64,000 bases of DNA from assembly GCA_051362555.1 (NCBI GenBank), contig CM120640.1:21514001-21578000 (forward strand). Reading direction: 5' to 3'. This DNA is from Lingula anatina (taxonomy: Eukaryota; Animalia; Brachiopoda). How positions within the stretch are numbered: the stretch's first letter is position 1; every line of letters starts with the position of its first letter. The notes below the pieces were generated by a model, which saw only the letters and a program-made list of their open reading frames with translations, made no database searches and was not told the DNA's origin. Position numbers and translations under genes: made by a program. This document shows, piece after piece, positions 39,671-53,600 of this stretch.

Positions 39671-41784
39671 TAAAAAGAAGTATTTTCATTTTTTCCTTTA
39701 TGTATCTATCGATAACGGGAGTATAGGGACGTGTAATATTTTGGGACTAAATTTTATCGGTACGCCCCCAAACCTCCGTGTACGTACTGTAGGTCATATG
39801 TTGCCCTGAACAAACAACCTTCTTCTGGGGTTGCCCCCTCCCTTTCCGACTACAGACCTGTTAGTTTGGGTAATTAATCAACATAAAAGATCACAGGAGC
39901 TGAGGGAGGTAACTCCTTGCCTCCCCCCCCCCCCACACACACACACACACGGAAGTTTTTTTAAACCATGCCAGTTCTTAACAGTGAAAAGGGGGGCTAT
40001 GGAGCCCTGCATGCCATCTTCTTTCAAGCAAATATAAGAAGTAGTTAAAATATTTAAGCAAATGTAAAAAGTAACTACATGTAAAACATTAAATCACACC
40101 AAGTATATTATCCTTTCGTTATCCTTTCTCCTTCGAAAATTAATGCTATCAAAAACTGGACAACTCCACATAAATATTTATAGCAAAAATGTATTATCAC
40201 TTTATCTTTATTATCATCATCTGTGAAACAAGAAATAAAATTAAAGTTTCTTCAAAGTGCATTGTGGATCAGTGTATATTGTGAATAAGTGTTCCAGTGT
40301 AAGCGGACAAGGTCATTCAACGATGGCCTGGGGCAGGTTTATAAACTTCAGGTTGATATCATGTCAACAAGATGCAAGGACACTGTCAATAATAATTGGG
40401 GGAGAGGCATGCGTGGTTTCCCTCAAAAAACTATTAGAGCTGTACATTGATTCTTCCCTCCAAGGTAAATGCGCGTTCTTTTCTGTTTAAACATAAAAGT
40501 TTAGGTATGAAACTGCTGAATGCATTTCAAACGTAGGTGTATGTACAATGCAATAATGAAATTTGGGTCTCATTCTCATACGACACCCCCGCGTTCAAAC
40601 TGACAGGATGCTGACGACAGCAGCGCCCCCAGCCGACAATCTAAGATTGGAAGTCTAAGAGCGGGCAATTGTGAAGCGGGATGGACATATTGCGTTTCAC
40701 TTCAAAGGAGTACAAAGGACGCGAAGTGAGAGCGATTTTCTTCGGACAACCGCCTTCAAATCTCATGTAATCCTACGCCAATGCATCACACCTGAGGATA
40801 GTTTCGCCATGTGCTTCTGTGAATTCAACCCTTCAATCCATGCGAACTCTTCGCTCTGGGAAATGTATATGTACAAATAACACTCAGCTCTTAGCCCAGA
40901 CCTCGAATAACCGCCGCAGAAAAATTAATCGTAAATGGACTGAAATCCAAGCTACTGGAGATGGGTTAGTGCCAACATGTCATACTCTTTTCATTTCTGT
41001 CATATTCCTTTTACGCCTCTGTTTCTAGGTCGTTCTTGAAAGTTGAATGCCCTTTGAGGCTAGAACCAAAACCTATTTAGGTCACGCTTGTTTGGTTGTC
41101 GTGTTTCTCTTCTAAGGCTGATGTGCATTTTCTCTCAAGTGTGATTGAGTGTTTTTCCCTTTTGTGTATTGTTTTTATGTACAGACACATGTGTGCGATA
41201 AGTGGAAAACCTTTTTACCTTTTGGCTTGAAACTTACGGAACTGATGAATATTCATAATACGCAGGTCAAGTTCGAAAATCAGCATGATCGAGTCATTTT
41301 TATAAAAGTTATGCTGTTTTTTTTTCACTTTTTCCAGCATATATGCAACACCAATAACACGATATGTGGAAAACCATTTTTACATTTGGATTGAAACTTA
41401 CAGAACTGATGAATATTCATAGTACACAGGTCAAGTTAGAAAATTGGCATGATCAGACCATTTATATAAAAGCTTTTTTTTTTTTTTTTTACTTTTTTCA
41501 GCATATATGCACCACCGATAACACATTTCAAGGAAAATCAATTGGCCAATTGTCTAGAAATTCACAGGAGTGATCAGCCTTACTGAAATATAGATTTAGT
41601 TCGAAAGTAAGCTTGATTGGTTAAGTTTTGTTGAAGTTATGCCTTGTTTTTGTATGTAAGTGTTTTTTCCTCAGATTTAATTCTTAGGCATGTTAACAGT
41701 CTCATTTTTTTTAGCTAATTGGATATCTAAAGGTGTTCTTTTGACATTTTCTGCATCTTAACAATATTGTTAGTTGATTATATA

Positions 41785-44404
41785 ACAAGGCAGCAAAGCT
41801 GTCAAATGTACAGACAAAAAAACAGAAAATAAAGATGCAAAAAATAGATCATTTTGTCAATTTTGATGCAATAATAAATAATGCTGTCAATCAACACTGA
41901 ATTTTAATCATGAACAACAGATAACATGGTCAATAACAGAAGCAATCAGGAGAGATATTTTCTGACAGTATTCCAGATTATCTTTGTTGATCCATCCTCC
42001 ATTTTTGATGGTCTTCCAACAGAAAAAATAGATACCCGTCAATGTAAACATTAAAATCTGACCATCTTTCAGAAGGCCCAGAAGAAAGTCTCAATCCACC
42101 CCTGCAATACGATTACAGTTTCAGGACCACGAGAGTTCAAATTCACATAATGAAAATCACAATATTTGAAAAATGATGACAGTGCATAAAATAATATCAT
42201 ATAATGTTTAAACACATAAATACCAATACAACTGCTTCTGTGGAAATACAGAAATCGGCAGAGGTTCAAATGGATGGGAGTTAAAAGTCACATCTTGAAA
42301 ATGCCAGTGTTTGAAAAAAATTTAAAAAAACAACAAAAATATTCCAATAAAGCTGCTATTCAAACTTTCAATCTTCCTGTATTAACATAATATGAATAAC
42401 CCCATTGAGTTTGAGGATAGATAAGGCACTGTTATTTATCCATAGCAATAATGTTGGCATTACACAAAATAATCTTTTTTTTTTCTTTTTTTTGAAAACT
42501 TATTTGTAATATTAAACAATATTTACCTGCATAATTACCACTGCTTCCTTATTATGGGCACTTATCTGGCAGAGAACTTAACCTATGGGAGTTTACAGTA
42601 TCAACAAGTGTGTTTAATGTAATCTCATTTAATGGCCACTTGAATCTTAATTGACTTTATAGCTCTGAACTTATACCCAAGGGAAAATTACAAATGTGAC
42701 TAGTAAAGGTCTTCAGGCCCATAAGTCACATCTTAAAAAGATGCAGAAAATAGGTCATTTTGTCAATTTTGATGCAATAATAAATAATGTTTATAACAGC
42801 ACAATCAACACTTAAAAGGACAATAACTGTTTGTATGAGATCTATCTTCCACAATAAAACATTGTAAACAACTCATAGATATATAATATATTCTGTTTTA
42901 CCACAAAAATGGCAGTTATAGCTATTATTCTGATATCTGAGCTTGTCATCGGACCACAAGACCTCCATAGATGGCTATACTCTGTAATAATCTCTTAAGA
43001 GATTATTACAAAAAAAGAAAAAAAAAACTTTTTAGAAAAAATTCAGGGACTAACTTTGAATGTAGAAATTGATTCATTAACCATTGGTAAGTATGGGGAA
43101 ATTGTTGTTTACTCCAGGAAAATCAAATTTTGGCCAAAACAAAATTGCTCATGTGGAAATCCAGAAAATACACAGCACTTCTGGTGGATGGGAGTTAAAA
43201 GTCACATCTTGAAGATGCTAGTGTTTGAAAAATAATTAAAAAAAAAAATTCAAAATAAAATATAGCAAAAAATTCCAACAAAGCTGCTATTCAAACTTTT
43301 AATCTAGCTGTATTGACATACAAAACCCCACTGAGTTTGATAAAAATAAGGCACTGTTATTCATCTATAGCATTAATGTTGGCATAACACAATTTTTTTT
43401 CTGTTGTAAATTTATTTGCAATATTAAACAACATTTACCTGCATAATTATCACCAAATCCTAATTATGTAATGCAGTTAAGAGAGCTAAACCTAATATGG
43501 GACTTTTACAGGGAAATCTCAACGAGTGTTTTATGTAATCTCATTTAATGGCCAATTGAAAATTAATAACTAGTCAATATATAGACCTTAATTTAATTAG
43601 TGATCACCCAAGGGACAATTTCAAACTGACAGCCATCCATACAGTATCATCATACAGCACTCCACAGAACTGCATGCTTACAAAACAGAAAACAATCATA
43701 CTGATTTTCCAACACAAGCTGCACTTTTCAGTAAGTACCACAAGTAGAATGGTTTTCCCTTGATGGTCATCAGTTTCCAAAATAGTTTTTTTCCTTTTTG
43801 ATGCAATATTACATGATGCTTAACAGTATTTTAACCATCAATTTTTAATAATAAAATAAAAGTATCATGGATATTCAGAAAATGTGACATGAAAAGGTCT
43901 TCAAGGCCATGGAAGTTGAGAGTCACACCTTCAAAACGCCAAAATATGAACAAGAGATAACTGTACTGAAATGATTTTCTTACCATTTTCAGCACCTTTT
44001 TTTACATAAAACAAAATAATCAATTTACTGTCATTTTTAAATGATCAACTAAAAAAATTGTTGACATGCTTAACAATGATAATCGAATGGACTGGTTTTC
44101 TAATATGAGGTGTATGTCAATCCTAAGAATCATTCTTGTAAGTCTTGTAGGTTTTTTATCAATTTTGATGCAACATTACATAATGATTAACTTTGTAAAT
44201 ACCACCAATTTTTAGTATCTACTATTAAAACATGGACATTAAGAAAATTTGATTACCACTGGGCTTCATGCCCAAGGGAGCTCCAAGTCCCACATTGAAA
44301 ATTCCAATATGTGAAAGATAAAAATTTTCACAAAAAAGACTATATAATTAAATATTAACTTCCAGAAAATTAACTAATGAGACACCTGTGTCTGAACATA
44401 AAAA
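41785..44404 (-). mobile_element. Reverse-oriented ~2.6-kb HINE-like element with both termini
   Basis: 3' terminus ACAAGGCAGCAAAGCTGTCAAATGTACAGAC at 41785 is the reverse complement of 61261-61291. 5' terminus GTGTCTGAACATAAAAA ends at 44404. Inserted in an A-run with no discrete target-site duplication. Confidence 0.75.
42812..43140 (-). mobile_element. Kolobok-like MITE copy (inverted relative to 55928-56245)
   Basis: Reverse complement of 55940-56249 (..atagatggctatactctgtaataatctcttaagagattatt..). Confidence 0.7.
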
Positions 44405-44701
44405 TGATGGTAAACCTGTTATTGTGTATTGTGTAATAAAGTTTCAAAAATGGAAATAAACTCATATCTTTACAGTTTGTCAGATTCAATCATTCACTAT
44501 GATCAGAATCTCAGAATGGAGCAAATAGGACATTTGAAATTGTTCTATTGATATTTTTCCTATGTCAGCAATTTTCTTAGTTGATCATTTAAATATGATT
44601 AAAAAAGGTGTTGAAAATGGAAAGAAAATCAATCCATTACAGTTATCTCTTATTTACATTTTGGTATTTTGAAGCTGTGACTCAACTTCCATGACCTTAT
44701 C

Positions 44702-46115
44702 TTGTTTTTCATTTCTTTTTACAGGACAAAGAAGATGATGAGTGACCCCACTTGGACATGGACTTCATTCTGGATCCAAGCTAAGGTTAGTAATTTTCAT
44801 TTTTTTGGGGTTGTGGGATGGGTAAATTTAAAAAATCTAATCTCGCTTTTTGTTTCTTTTTTCAGGACAAAGAAGATGATGAGCGACCCCATTCGGACAT
44901 GGACTTCACTCTTGGATCCAAGCTAAGGTTAGTAAATTTCATTTTTTGGGGTGGTGGGATGGGTAAATTGAAAAAAATCTAACCTCGTTTTTCATTTCTT
45001 TTTACAGGACAAAGAAGATGATGAGCAACCCCACCCAGACATGGATTTCACTATTGGATCCAAGCAAAGGTTAGTAAATTTCATTTTTTGGGGTGGTGGG
45101 ATGGGTAAATTGAAAAAATCTAATCTCGTTTTCCATTTCTTTTTACAAAACAAAGAAGATGATGAGCGACCCCACCCGGACATGGACTTCACTCTTGGAT
45201 CCAAGCAAAGGTTAGTAAATTTTATTTTTTGGAGGGTTGTGGGATGGGTAAATTGAAAAAATCTAACCTCGTTTTTCATTTCTTTTTACAGGACAAAGAA
45301 GATGATGAGAAACCCCACCCGGACATGGACTTCACTCTTGGATCCAAGCAAAGGTTAGTAAATTTCATTTTTTGGGGGTGGTGGGATGGGTAAATTGAAA
45401 AAATCTCATCTCGTTTTTTGTTTCTTTTTTCAGGACAAAGGAGATGATGAGCAACCCCATTCGGACATGGACTTCACTCTTGGATCCAAGCTAAGGTTAG
45501 TAAATTTCATTTTTTGGGGTGGTGGGATGGGTAAATTGAAAAAATCTTATCTCGTTTTCCATTTCTTTTTACAGGACAAAGAAGATGATGAGCGACCCCA
45601 CCCGGACATGGACTTCACTCTTGGATCCCAGCAAAGGTTAGTAAATTTTATTTTTTGGAGGGTTGTGGGATGGGTAAATTGAAAAAATCTAACCTCGTTT
45701 TTCATTTCTTTTTACAGGACAAAGATGATGATTAGCGACTCCACTCGGACATGGACTTCACTCTTGGATCCAAGCTAAGGTTAGTAAATTTCATATTTTT
45801 GGGGTGGTGGGATGGGTAAATTAAAAAAATCTAAACTGGTTTTTCATCTCTTTTTACAGGACAAAGAAGATGATTAGTGACTCCACTCGGACATGGACTT
45901 CACTCTTGGATCCAAGCAAAGGTTAGTTAATTTCTTTTGGGGGGGAGGGGGGTTGTGGGATGGGTAAATTGAAAAAATCTAACCTCGTTTTTCATTTCTT
46001 TTTACAGGACAAAGAAGATAATGAGCGACCCCAGCCGGACATGGACTTCACTCTTGGATCCAAGCTAAGGTAAGTAAATTTCATTTTTTTGTGGTGGTGG
46101 GATGGGTAAATTGAA
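44702..46115 (+). repeat. Tandem array 1: 10 units of ~142 bp with exon/intron-like architecture
   Basis: Exon-like cores start at 44725, 44866, 45008, 45149, 45292, 45434, 45575, 45718, 45860, 46008. Consensus ctaat-Y-rich-tacag|GACAAAGAAGATGATGAGCGACCCCACCCGGACATGGACTTCACTCTTGGATCCAAGCWAAG|gttagt...ggggtggtgggatgggtaaattgaaaaaat. Confidence 0.95.
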
Positions 46116-46470
46116 ACAAAGCAGCAAAGCCATCAAATGTACAGGCAAAAAACAGAAAATAATAAAGTACAAAATAGTTTACTGCCAATTCTGATGCGCA
46201 GTCATACATTACGCTTAAGTGCAAAGTCAACATCAAGTTTTAATTATGCACAACATGAAAGTAAAAACATACGGCTTCAGGCCCATGAGAGTTCAAGTTC
46301 ACACTTAGAAAATGCCAGTTAGACAAATGAAAATTTCACAAAAATCACATAAATTCAATAAATAACATAGATGTTTAGAAAATGTGACAGGCAAAGGTCT
46401 TCAGGCACATGAAATTGCAAAGTCACACCTTAAATATTCCAATATGTGAAAAATGAAATATTTCACAAGA
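46116..46470 (-). mobile_element. Reverse-oriented HINE/Helentron 3' terminus and adjacent modules
   Basis: ACAAAGCAGCAAAGCCATCAAATGTACAGGC.. is homologous to the reverse complement of 61170-61291. It truncates array 1 inside an A-run. Confidence 0.7.
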
Positions 46471-46474
46471 AATG

Positions 46475-46672
46475 CCTCTCACAGGCCTCCCCATGTGTCG
46501 TCCCAATGGAGCCGAGATTTAATGACTGTACCCCCACAGGGACGACTTGTGGGGAGGCGTATGAGAGGCGGAGAGACTATTAAAAGATTAGGCGGTTTTC
46601 CTTCCATGTACGTCTGCCATATTAAGTTTGTGGCTTTGTAGAGCCATGGCTCAACTCGATGTGAATGGGGTC
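46475..46672. mobile_element. Truncated Harbinger-like MITE with an internal ~30-bp hairpin
   Basis: cctctcacaggcctccccatgtgtcgtccc ... gggacgacttgtggggaggcgtatgagagg form an inverted pair. Right end GAATGGGGTC|TTA is like 5819 and 28422. Confidence 0.5.
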
Positions 46673-47384
46673 TTAAATTCCAAACTGTGATGGCATTTTT
46701 GGTAAACTCCATTACTGGTTAGACAACAGTATGAGGAATTAGGGTAGGTCAGGATGATAGTTGATACATGCAAATATAGGTACATGCATGTACCTTACTA
46801 ATTTTTATGGTATCAAATAACAATTCATCCAAGCCTTTCTTCATCTTCATGTCATTCTTTAAGTTAGGTCAGGAAAGATGGATTTCTTCTTTATCTATGA
46901 TGCTCTCTAATATGATGATTATGTCCTTGCTTTCATCATCTATCTAAAATATGATAGTTATAAATATACATGTATATTTAGCAATATAATATGTATAATT
47001 TCATAAATGCGAAGAAAAGTACAATAATGTGTGAAAATGTATGACTAATTGTGATTTACAAATAAAATAATTAAAATATTTATGTACTGAAAAAAAAATT
47101 ATTTGTGCATTTAAAGTGTTATAAAGATGAAGAAGTGCAATTGGGAGAGATGAAGAAGTGCAATTGAGAGTTAGATATGCCAATTTGATGAAAGTGCTAA
47201 TTACTATTTCTTGCAAAAGGGTTAATAAGTGTAGCTTAATAAAGGAAATATGGAAATATTTATACTGGAATAATTTGTTGGTTGTTGATGCGTCATATCA
47301 ACGGGTTTTCAAATGAATTGAGGGATATATTGCTTTAATTGGATTTTGACTGTTCAAAACTTAAATGGGTGTTGCATTGTTTCT

Positions 47385-47604
47385 CCACATATATTGGTAG
47401 AAATAATTTTAACTTTTTAAAAGAAGGGGTTAATTTTTATGGTTCTGTTAATGTGCTTTCTTCGTAGTTTTGTTCTATGAAACTTTTGCATAATCCACAT
47501 ATATTGGTAGAAATAATTTTAACTTTTTAAAAGAAGGGGTTAATTTTTATGGTTCTGTTAATGTGCTTTCTTCGTAGTTTTGTTCTATGAAACTTTTGCA
47601 TAAT
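47385..47604. repeat. Perfect 110-bp tandem duplication
   Basis: ccacatatattggtagaaat...aacttttgcataat starts at 47385 and again at 47495. Confidence 0.92.
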
Positions 47605-47692
47605 ACACATGTTTAGCTATGTATGTGTCTTAAACAGCTGTGGATGGAAGTAATAAGGTTTGATAAAACTTGGGAGCAATTCCTCTATATAT

Positions 47693-50600
47693 TTAAAGGC
47701 AAGTTTTGGAAAATGACATACAGACTGGAAAATGATCACCAAAATAAGTAGGTAAAACTGTTATTTTAAGATCTGCATGATCAAAGTTTGTAAAGACAAG
47801 ATCTAAGGCTGAGTCATAAATGGTAGTTGGAGTTTTGACACACTGCTTAAACAGAAGGTCATGGCACATCATTTTTCTGAGGGCATTTGCATTGTTTTCA
47901 TGGAGCCAGTTGACATTAAAGTCACCTACAATAATGCATTTGTTTGCCTTATATAATTATCAATAGCCCCAATAGTATTCTTCAATGTCTCAAGGAGAAC
48001 TTGCATTTTACCATGAGGAGGACGGTAAATTGTGATGATGACAAAGTCAAGAAATTGTTCCAATCATGTGACAGTAATCTCAATGCCAGAGGAATTGTAA
48101 TTTTTTGGAAAATTCTTTGCAGTACCATGCTGTCTATAGAGAGAACTATCATTTCGGTGTAGATATTTACCTTTTACTTGGAATTTAGCATTTAAGTCTT
48201 AAGTAGCAAATCTGGTTTCTGTGCAAGCACATACATGTATATCTGCTTTCTCTACATCGTAACGCTTTCTAATATCTTCTATATATTTATGAAGAGAACA
48301 GCAATTCCAATGGATTATTTTGAAGTGGTCATCTGGTTGTTCGTATAGAAATGAAACAGATTTTACAAGCTGTGCTTCTTGTCTTAAACGTTTCATTTCT
48401 TGTTTTACTTTTTCAGAAATGCATATTTTACCGGCATTTAATTCCAAAATATGCAACCCTTCTAATTTTTCTACATGACTTAGTGCAACATAATGCATGT
48501 GTTCATTTTTTCTACCACTGAGATCTACAACTAATTCTTTCAATGTGTCACCTTGGCATCTGTGTATTGTCTTTGCAGCAGACAACTGTAGTGGAAACTG
48601 TTTTCTTATGACTTGATATTGTCCTGTTCTTTCCAGGTGAAATTGTCTGGAAAGATAGGTGTCCATGTTTTCGTAATGTTGCTACTATATAATGGTTTGT
48701 TCATTCTTCTGGCATTTTTGGCAATGTCCTCTGAGTCAAATTATACCCAAATTATTTGTCTGTCTAAATCTACCAGTTTAACAACACTTGGTGCACCATT
48801 AGTAATGCCATCTTCTGTGTCAACATTTAGGACAATTTCTGTCCTTTATCCAACTGCAATATGCAATATCCTTTGTAAATTCATGGTCTTTTTATGATCA
48901 AATGGAAATTGCTTTCTGATGTTGTTTTCTAAATGCTTTGGTACAGACCCAGTGATTGTATCAGTGGCTGCAATTTGAAATTTTTCTCCTTACGAAATTT
49001 GATAACTGGTATGATTGAAATGTTCAACCAGTGCATTTGTTTGGAAAACGTGTAGTAATGGTTGGTGGTAAGTTTTTGATTTATCAAGCTGACGTTCACT
49101 GATAATTTTTATATCTTTGTCGGTATGATTTCCTTCTCTAAGCCTATTTAAAATTTCTGCAAACTCTTTACTGTCTTTTTGACGCATAATCTGGGTCAGT
49201 TCATACATGTAAAAATGTTTCTGCCACAAATAAGTAGCTAATGGACAATAGTCATTGTCAGGATTTTCAAATATCCAGTTATCAAACACAGGCTTCAGTT
49301 GAAATAGGTCACCTATAGCCACAATGCTAACACCTCCAAACAGTCTGTCATTGTTTTTCAGTTCTTTTAGTCTTTCATTGATGAAACTTAACATTTTACT
49401 CCCAACCATTGAAACTTCATCAATAAAGAGAACTTTAAGTGATCCAAGTTTACATCTGAAACTATTTAGCACATCAGGACCAAGTCTTCTGTATTTGAAA
49501 CTTTGATTTGCTGGAATTTTCAGTAAACTGTGAATTGTGTGGCCACCAATATTATAAGCAGCTTTTCCTGTAGGAGCAACTAAAGCAACTCTAATTGTCC
49601 GAAAGTCCTCACCAGGTAAACTTGACATATACTTCAAAATGCCCTGATATAGAGCACGGGTGACAAATGATTTCCACACAACAGCACCTCCAGACAGGAA
49701 TATGTGAAACGGATCAGAATTGGACTTGACTAAATGCAAAACATGATGGAAAAACTCCAACTGTTGTTTGTTCATGTTTCTAATCATTTGAAAGTAATTA
49801 CTGTCAGATATCTCTTTATTGACAATTCCTTCTTCAGTGCAACTTTTGGCAGATACATGTATACCCAAATATTCTGCTAAATCATAAGACAGACCAACAG
49901 AAGACTGCACAACATTACTAGGTTCACACTGATCAGCTTTATTTTGATTCTGGGTATTTGGTGCAACAGTGGCCCACATATCTTCATCCTCACTATCCAC
50001 ATTATTAAGATTTCTCCAAAGGCATGCCATCTGTATCTAATAATCTAGAAGATTTTTTCTTGCTTCCACCCTTAACATTCAAATTGTTGTCATAATATGC
50101 GGCAAAATCTGCAAGGGAAACATTGTCTGAAGAAGGAAAGCGTTTGCTGTAATGTTTCAAGAGATTGCTGGACTCAATATTGTCAGATTCATCTTCCAAT
50201 TCTTTTATTTCTTCCAGTGGCTTAAGCAATCGTACTCTGTCTTCAGGGGTTGTAGTGTTAATGAATACAAATGATCGAGATGCTCTTCTCATGGGTAATT
50301 GTAAAGTGATGTACTAGTAGGCAGCTTCTTGAGCACAAATTTCAACATTGTTAAGAAATTTGTTTCCAACGTGACGGACTTACGGACTTGCTGTTTTATG
50401 TTACTGTTACCTTCTCTAGCTTCTTTGCAAGCTTGACAAAGTAAATCAGACATGACTCTGTCCTTTGGAAATGTAATTTACGATATATGTTGCACAAGCA
50501 TATATGTCTAAAACAAACTGAATATCCATATTTGCTCTCCATGCTTGTAAACATGACCTGGAATAATTGTTTATCCAAATTTCACTTGGGAGTCCTTTTA

Positions 50601-53600
50601 GGAACAATGTATCAGTCTTGATTGTAGATCTCACTGCCAAGATATAATCTTTTTCTGAGACTTGTACTTTATCTAAAAATTCTTCAAATGTGAGACTAAT
50701 ACCTGTGAAATCTTTGTCATTTATAATATTATGAATTAGTTTTCAAATCTTTGCATATTCTTTCTTCTGTGAAGCATCATCAAGGGGTGTCAAAATTACA
50801 CTTTGTTTCATTGGAGACTGAGGAAAATGGAATCTACAAGATTTTTTCAAATTTTTTATATATGTCCTTGTATGTTTGTGTGTCTGATAAGATGCAAGTT
50901 CTTTTAATGGATCATCTTCATTTGGACTGCTACAGCAAATTGTGTTATCAACAAATTGTATAATATCTTCATTAGAATTGACACCGTATATAGGTGCATT
51001 TTCTATCCAAAGAAGCATGTGAATATGTGGACTAACTCTATGTTGAAATTCTACACGGTAAAAAAAATCTTGTATTTTACCTAATGGTGCTACCTTGTGG
51101 CAGAGAAAATGATGTATCAAACACTGCACTTGATAATCAAAATGTCGTGCACAAGTAATAGGATCACTCTGAATCAAGCAACATATCTTTCATCCCAGCT
51201 GAGTTGTTCTAGCTCTGCATCTGAATAATCTTTATTATCTACCAATTTACCCAGAGTTCTGAGTAAATGATTCCATTTTGTTTCAGCAGAAGAAAAACTG
51301 CAAAAAAAGGTTGCTGATCCTAGCTGAAGTATCATTGCAAATAGATCTTTCTTTGCTTTCTCAATTTATGGGGGGAACCACGAACTCCTCTTAAGAATGT
51401 ATAACCTTCGTAAGAGTTTCTCAGTGGCTCCAGACTGTTTAAAATCTCCTGCAGTGAGTTTCTTTCCATTTGTTTTATGTTTTCTTACAGCAAGAGCCGC
51501 TGACCCAATCAATCTTTTCATCTGCAATTTTTTTGCCTTAAAAAATATGTTGTCAACACACATTGATGCTCTTCTGTCATTGCGTCTTAATTCAGACTTG
51601 CAGATGTCACTGTAGTGTACAGGAACAAGTCTGCTTTTATTTGCAGGCTGTGCATTGCCAAGATATATTTCTGGAAAAGCCAGTTCTTCACAGTGTTCAT
51701 CTCTAAATATGCTGAGTGGCTGACCTTCTTGACCAGGTGCAAAAGAGTAAATTTTCTCTCTCTCTGTGTCTTCCAAGAAGTCTCTGCCTGTTAACATTGT
51801 ATCTCTTATACCAGGCTTCATTTCTTTGTCATCAATTTCATCCCAGTCTTCAGTATCATTGGACTGCAAGTATTTACCTCTATCTGAATTAGCCTGTGTC
51901 ATCTCCTTCCTTTGCAGCAAGTTCTTGTTTATGATATTAGCAGGTAATGATAAGTCGCATACATTTTGCACTACGTCATAGTGATCAGAATTAGTGTTTT
52001 GCAGGTAAATGGCCTTCTCAATCTCATGTGAATGATTTTTCTGATCAAGAAACTTGGCTGAATACTTCTACCATTTCCAAGAGTTGCTGCTTGCAGTAGA
52101 CATAGATGTCAGTTTGTAGTAAATGTGCTGCAGCAGGTATTTATGTTTCAGTACCCCAAACATTTACATTATTCATGGCTGTTCTTCTTACATAAGTTGC
52201 TGATGTCCTGTCATTATCGCCTAAAGTATTACTTGCAAAAGCATACTCAAGCTGCTTCATATGACTGAGGATTCTGTTTCTAAGTATAACAACGTGTCAC
52301 AACCAGTAATGGCAAAAGACAAACCTTGAAAAAAACAATTTCCATCTCCAATAATTTTTTTCAACTTGCTAGGTTTTGTCAAGAGAATATTACAACTAGT
52401 TTCAGGCAAATTGTGTGGACGCTTTAATTGTAAATTTAATTTGTCAGTCATTTTCTCTTGCCACAGGGCAACTACAGGCATAAAATGAAATAAAGTATTG
52501 TCAGTCCGTAGATGTTGTATCTCATTTTCAGATTCACAAAATTCAGGTAATAAATGTCGTTGCTGTATGTATGATAACTCTTTTTGCAAGTTTGAAACAT
52601 ATCTTACTCTGTGTCGAATTTTCTTAACAGTCTTGAAGTATCTTGAGTACCATGTTTTTCCTTGTTTTTTTTTCTTTTGAACAAGCCATAATAACTCAGT
52701 TTCAAATGCTTGTATTTTCTTAGTACATGGTGGTGCTTATAAGCCATGAATTTTTCAATTCCTACTGTACTTGGAACTCTGATTCTATTTGTCTTCATGC
52801 AATATCTTGATCTGCCTCTGGTTTGTGATTTGAATGCAGTTACTTCTAAAACATGAGGGTGTAGTGGAGAACCAGTAATTTTTCTTTCACTTTGAATAGT
52901 AGCCACAAATTTGTCAACATCAACAGATGGGTCATGTTTATAAGGCTTGTCTAAAATTACATAGAATTCATCTGCAAAATCACCATCCTGATCCATAAAT
53001 TGTCCTTCTTCAGAAAATTGGATATTTCCACAATCAGAAGGGCACTCAACACAAACAGATTCTTTCAATAATAGGTTTTGTACTTGTTCCTCATTCAAAT
53101 TATTCACACTTGCCCTTTTTCCATTTGTTTAAATGTGATAGAGCTGCAGGGATTATATATCTTCTAATTTCCATGTTGGGTCTACAGTTATTCCTTTTTC
53201 TTGAAACAATTTCCCATTAGCAGTTAACCAATTTGCTGCTTCAAGGTCTTTGTTAGGCCTTACATTCTGAGCATAGGCATAACTCTTAAATTTCACATTT
53301 CTTTTCAGTTGAACTTAAATTGTTGAACTGTCGGTGTCAGTTCTTGGTAATTTTGTTACAGTGGATGTTACATCTGCTGGTATGTTTACAACATTCCCTT
53401 CTAATTATTTTGTATTGTTTTCCACATGGAGCTTGATGAAGTTTCATGAAAACTAACCTTGCATGGGCTAGTTAATCTCCACTCTAAAGTTTTAAATCCA
53501 AGAAACTGGATTTTTCTGTAAATGACGTGCAATTTACAATAGCACATGGAGGTATTTTGTTCTTTTTCAAGTGAGAAGCGCATGTTAAACACATCCAATT

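Larger units (their letters stand above)
41172..44700 (+). mobile_element. Forward HINE-like element interrupted by a nested copy
   Basis: 5' head TTTTTATGTACAGACAC at 41172, core repeats 41200-41640. Continuity with the 58963 copy breaks at 41784 and resumes at 44405. Confidence 0.75.

Noticed and set aside
44992-45682. ORFs running through the satellite units (also 62430-62838, 63738-63935)
   Set aside because: They arise from repeat periodicity, break at homopolymer indels, and translate T- and G-runs.
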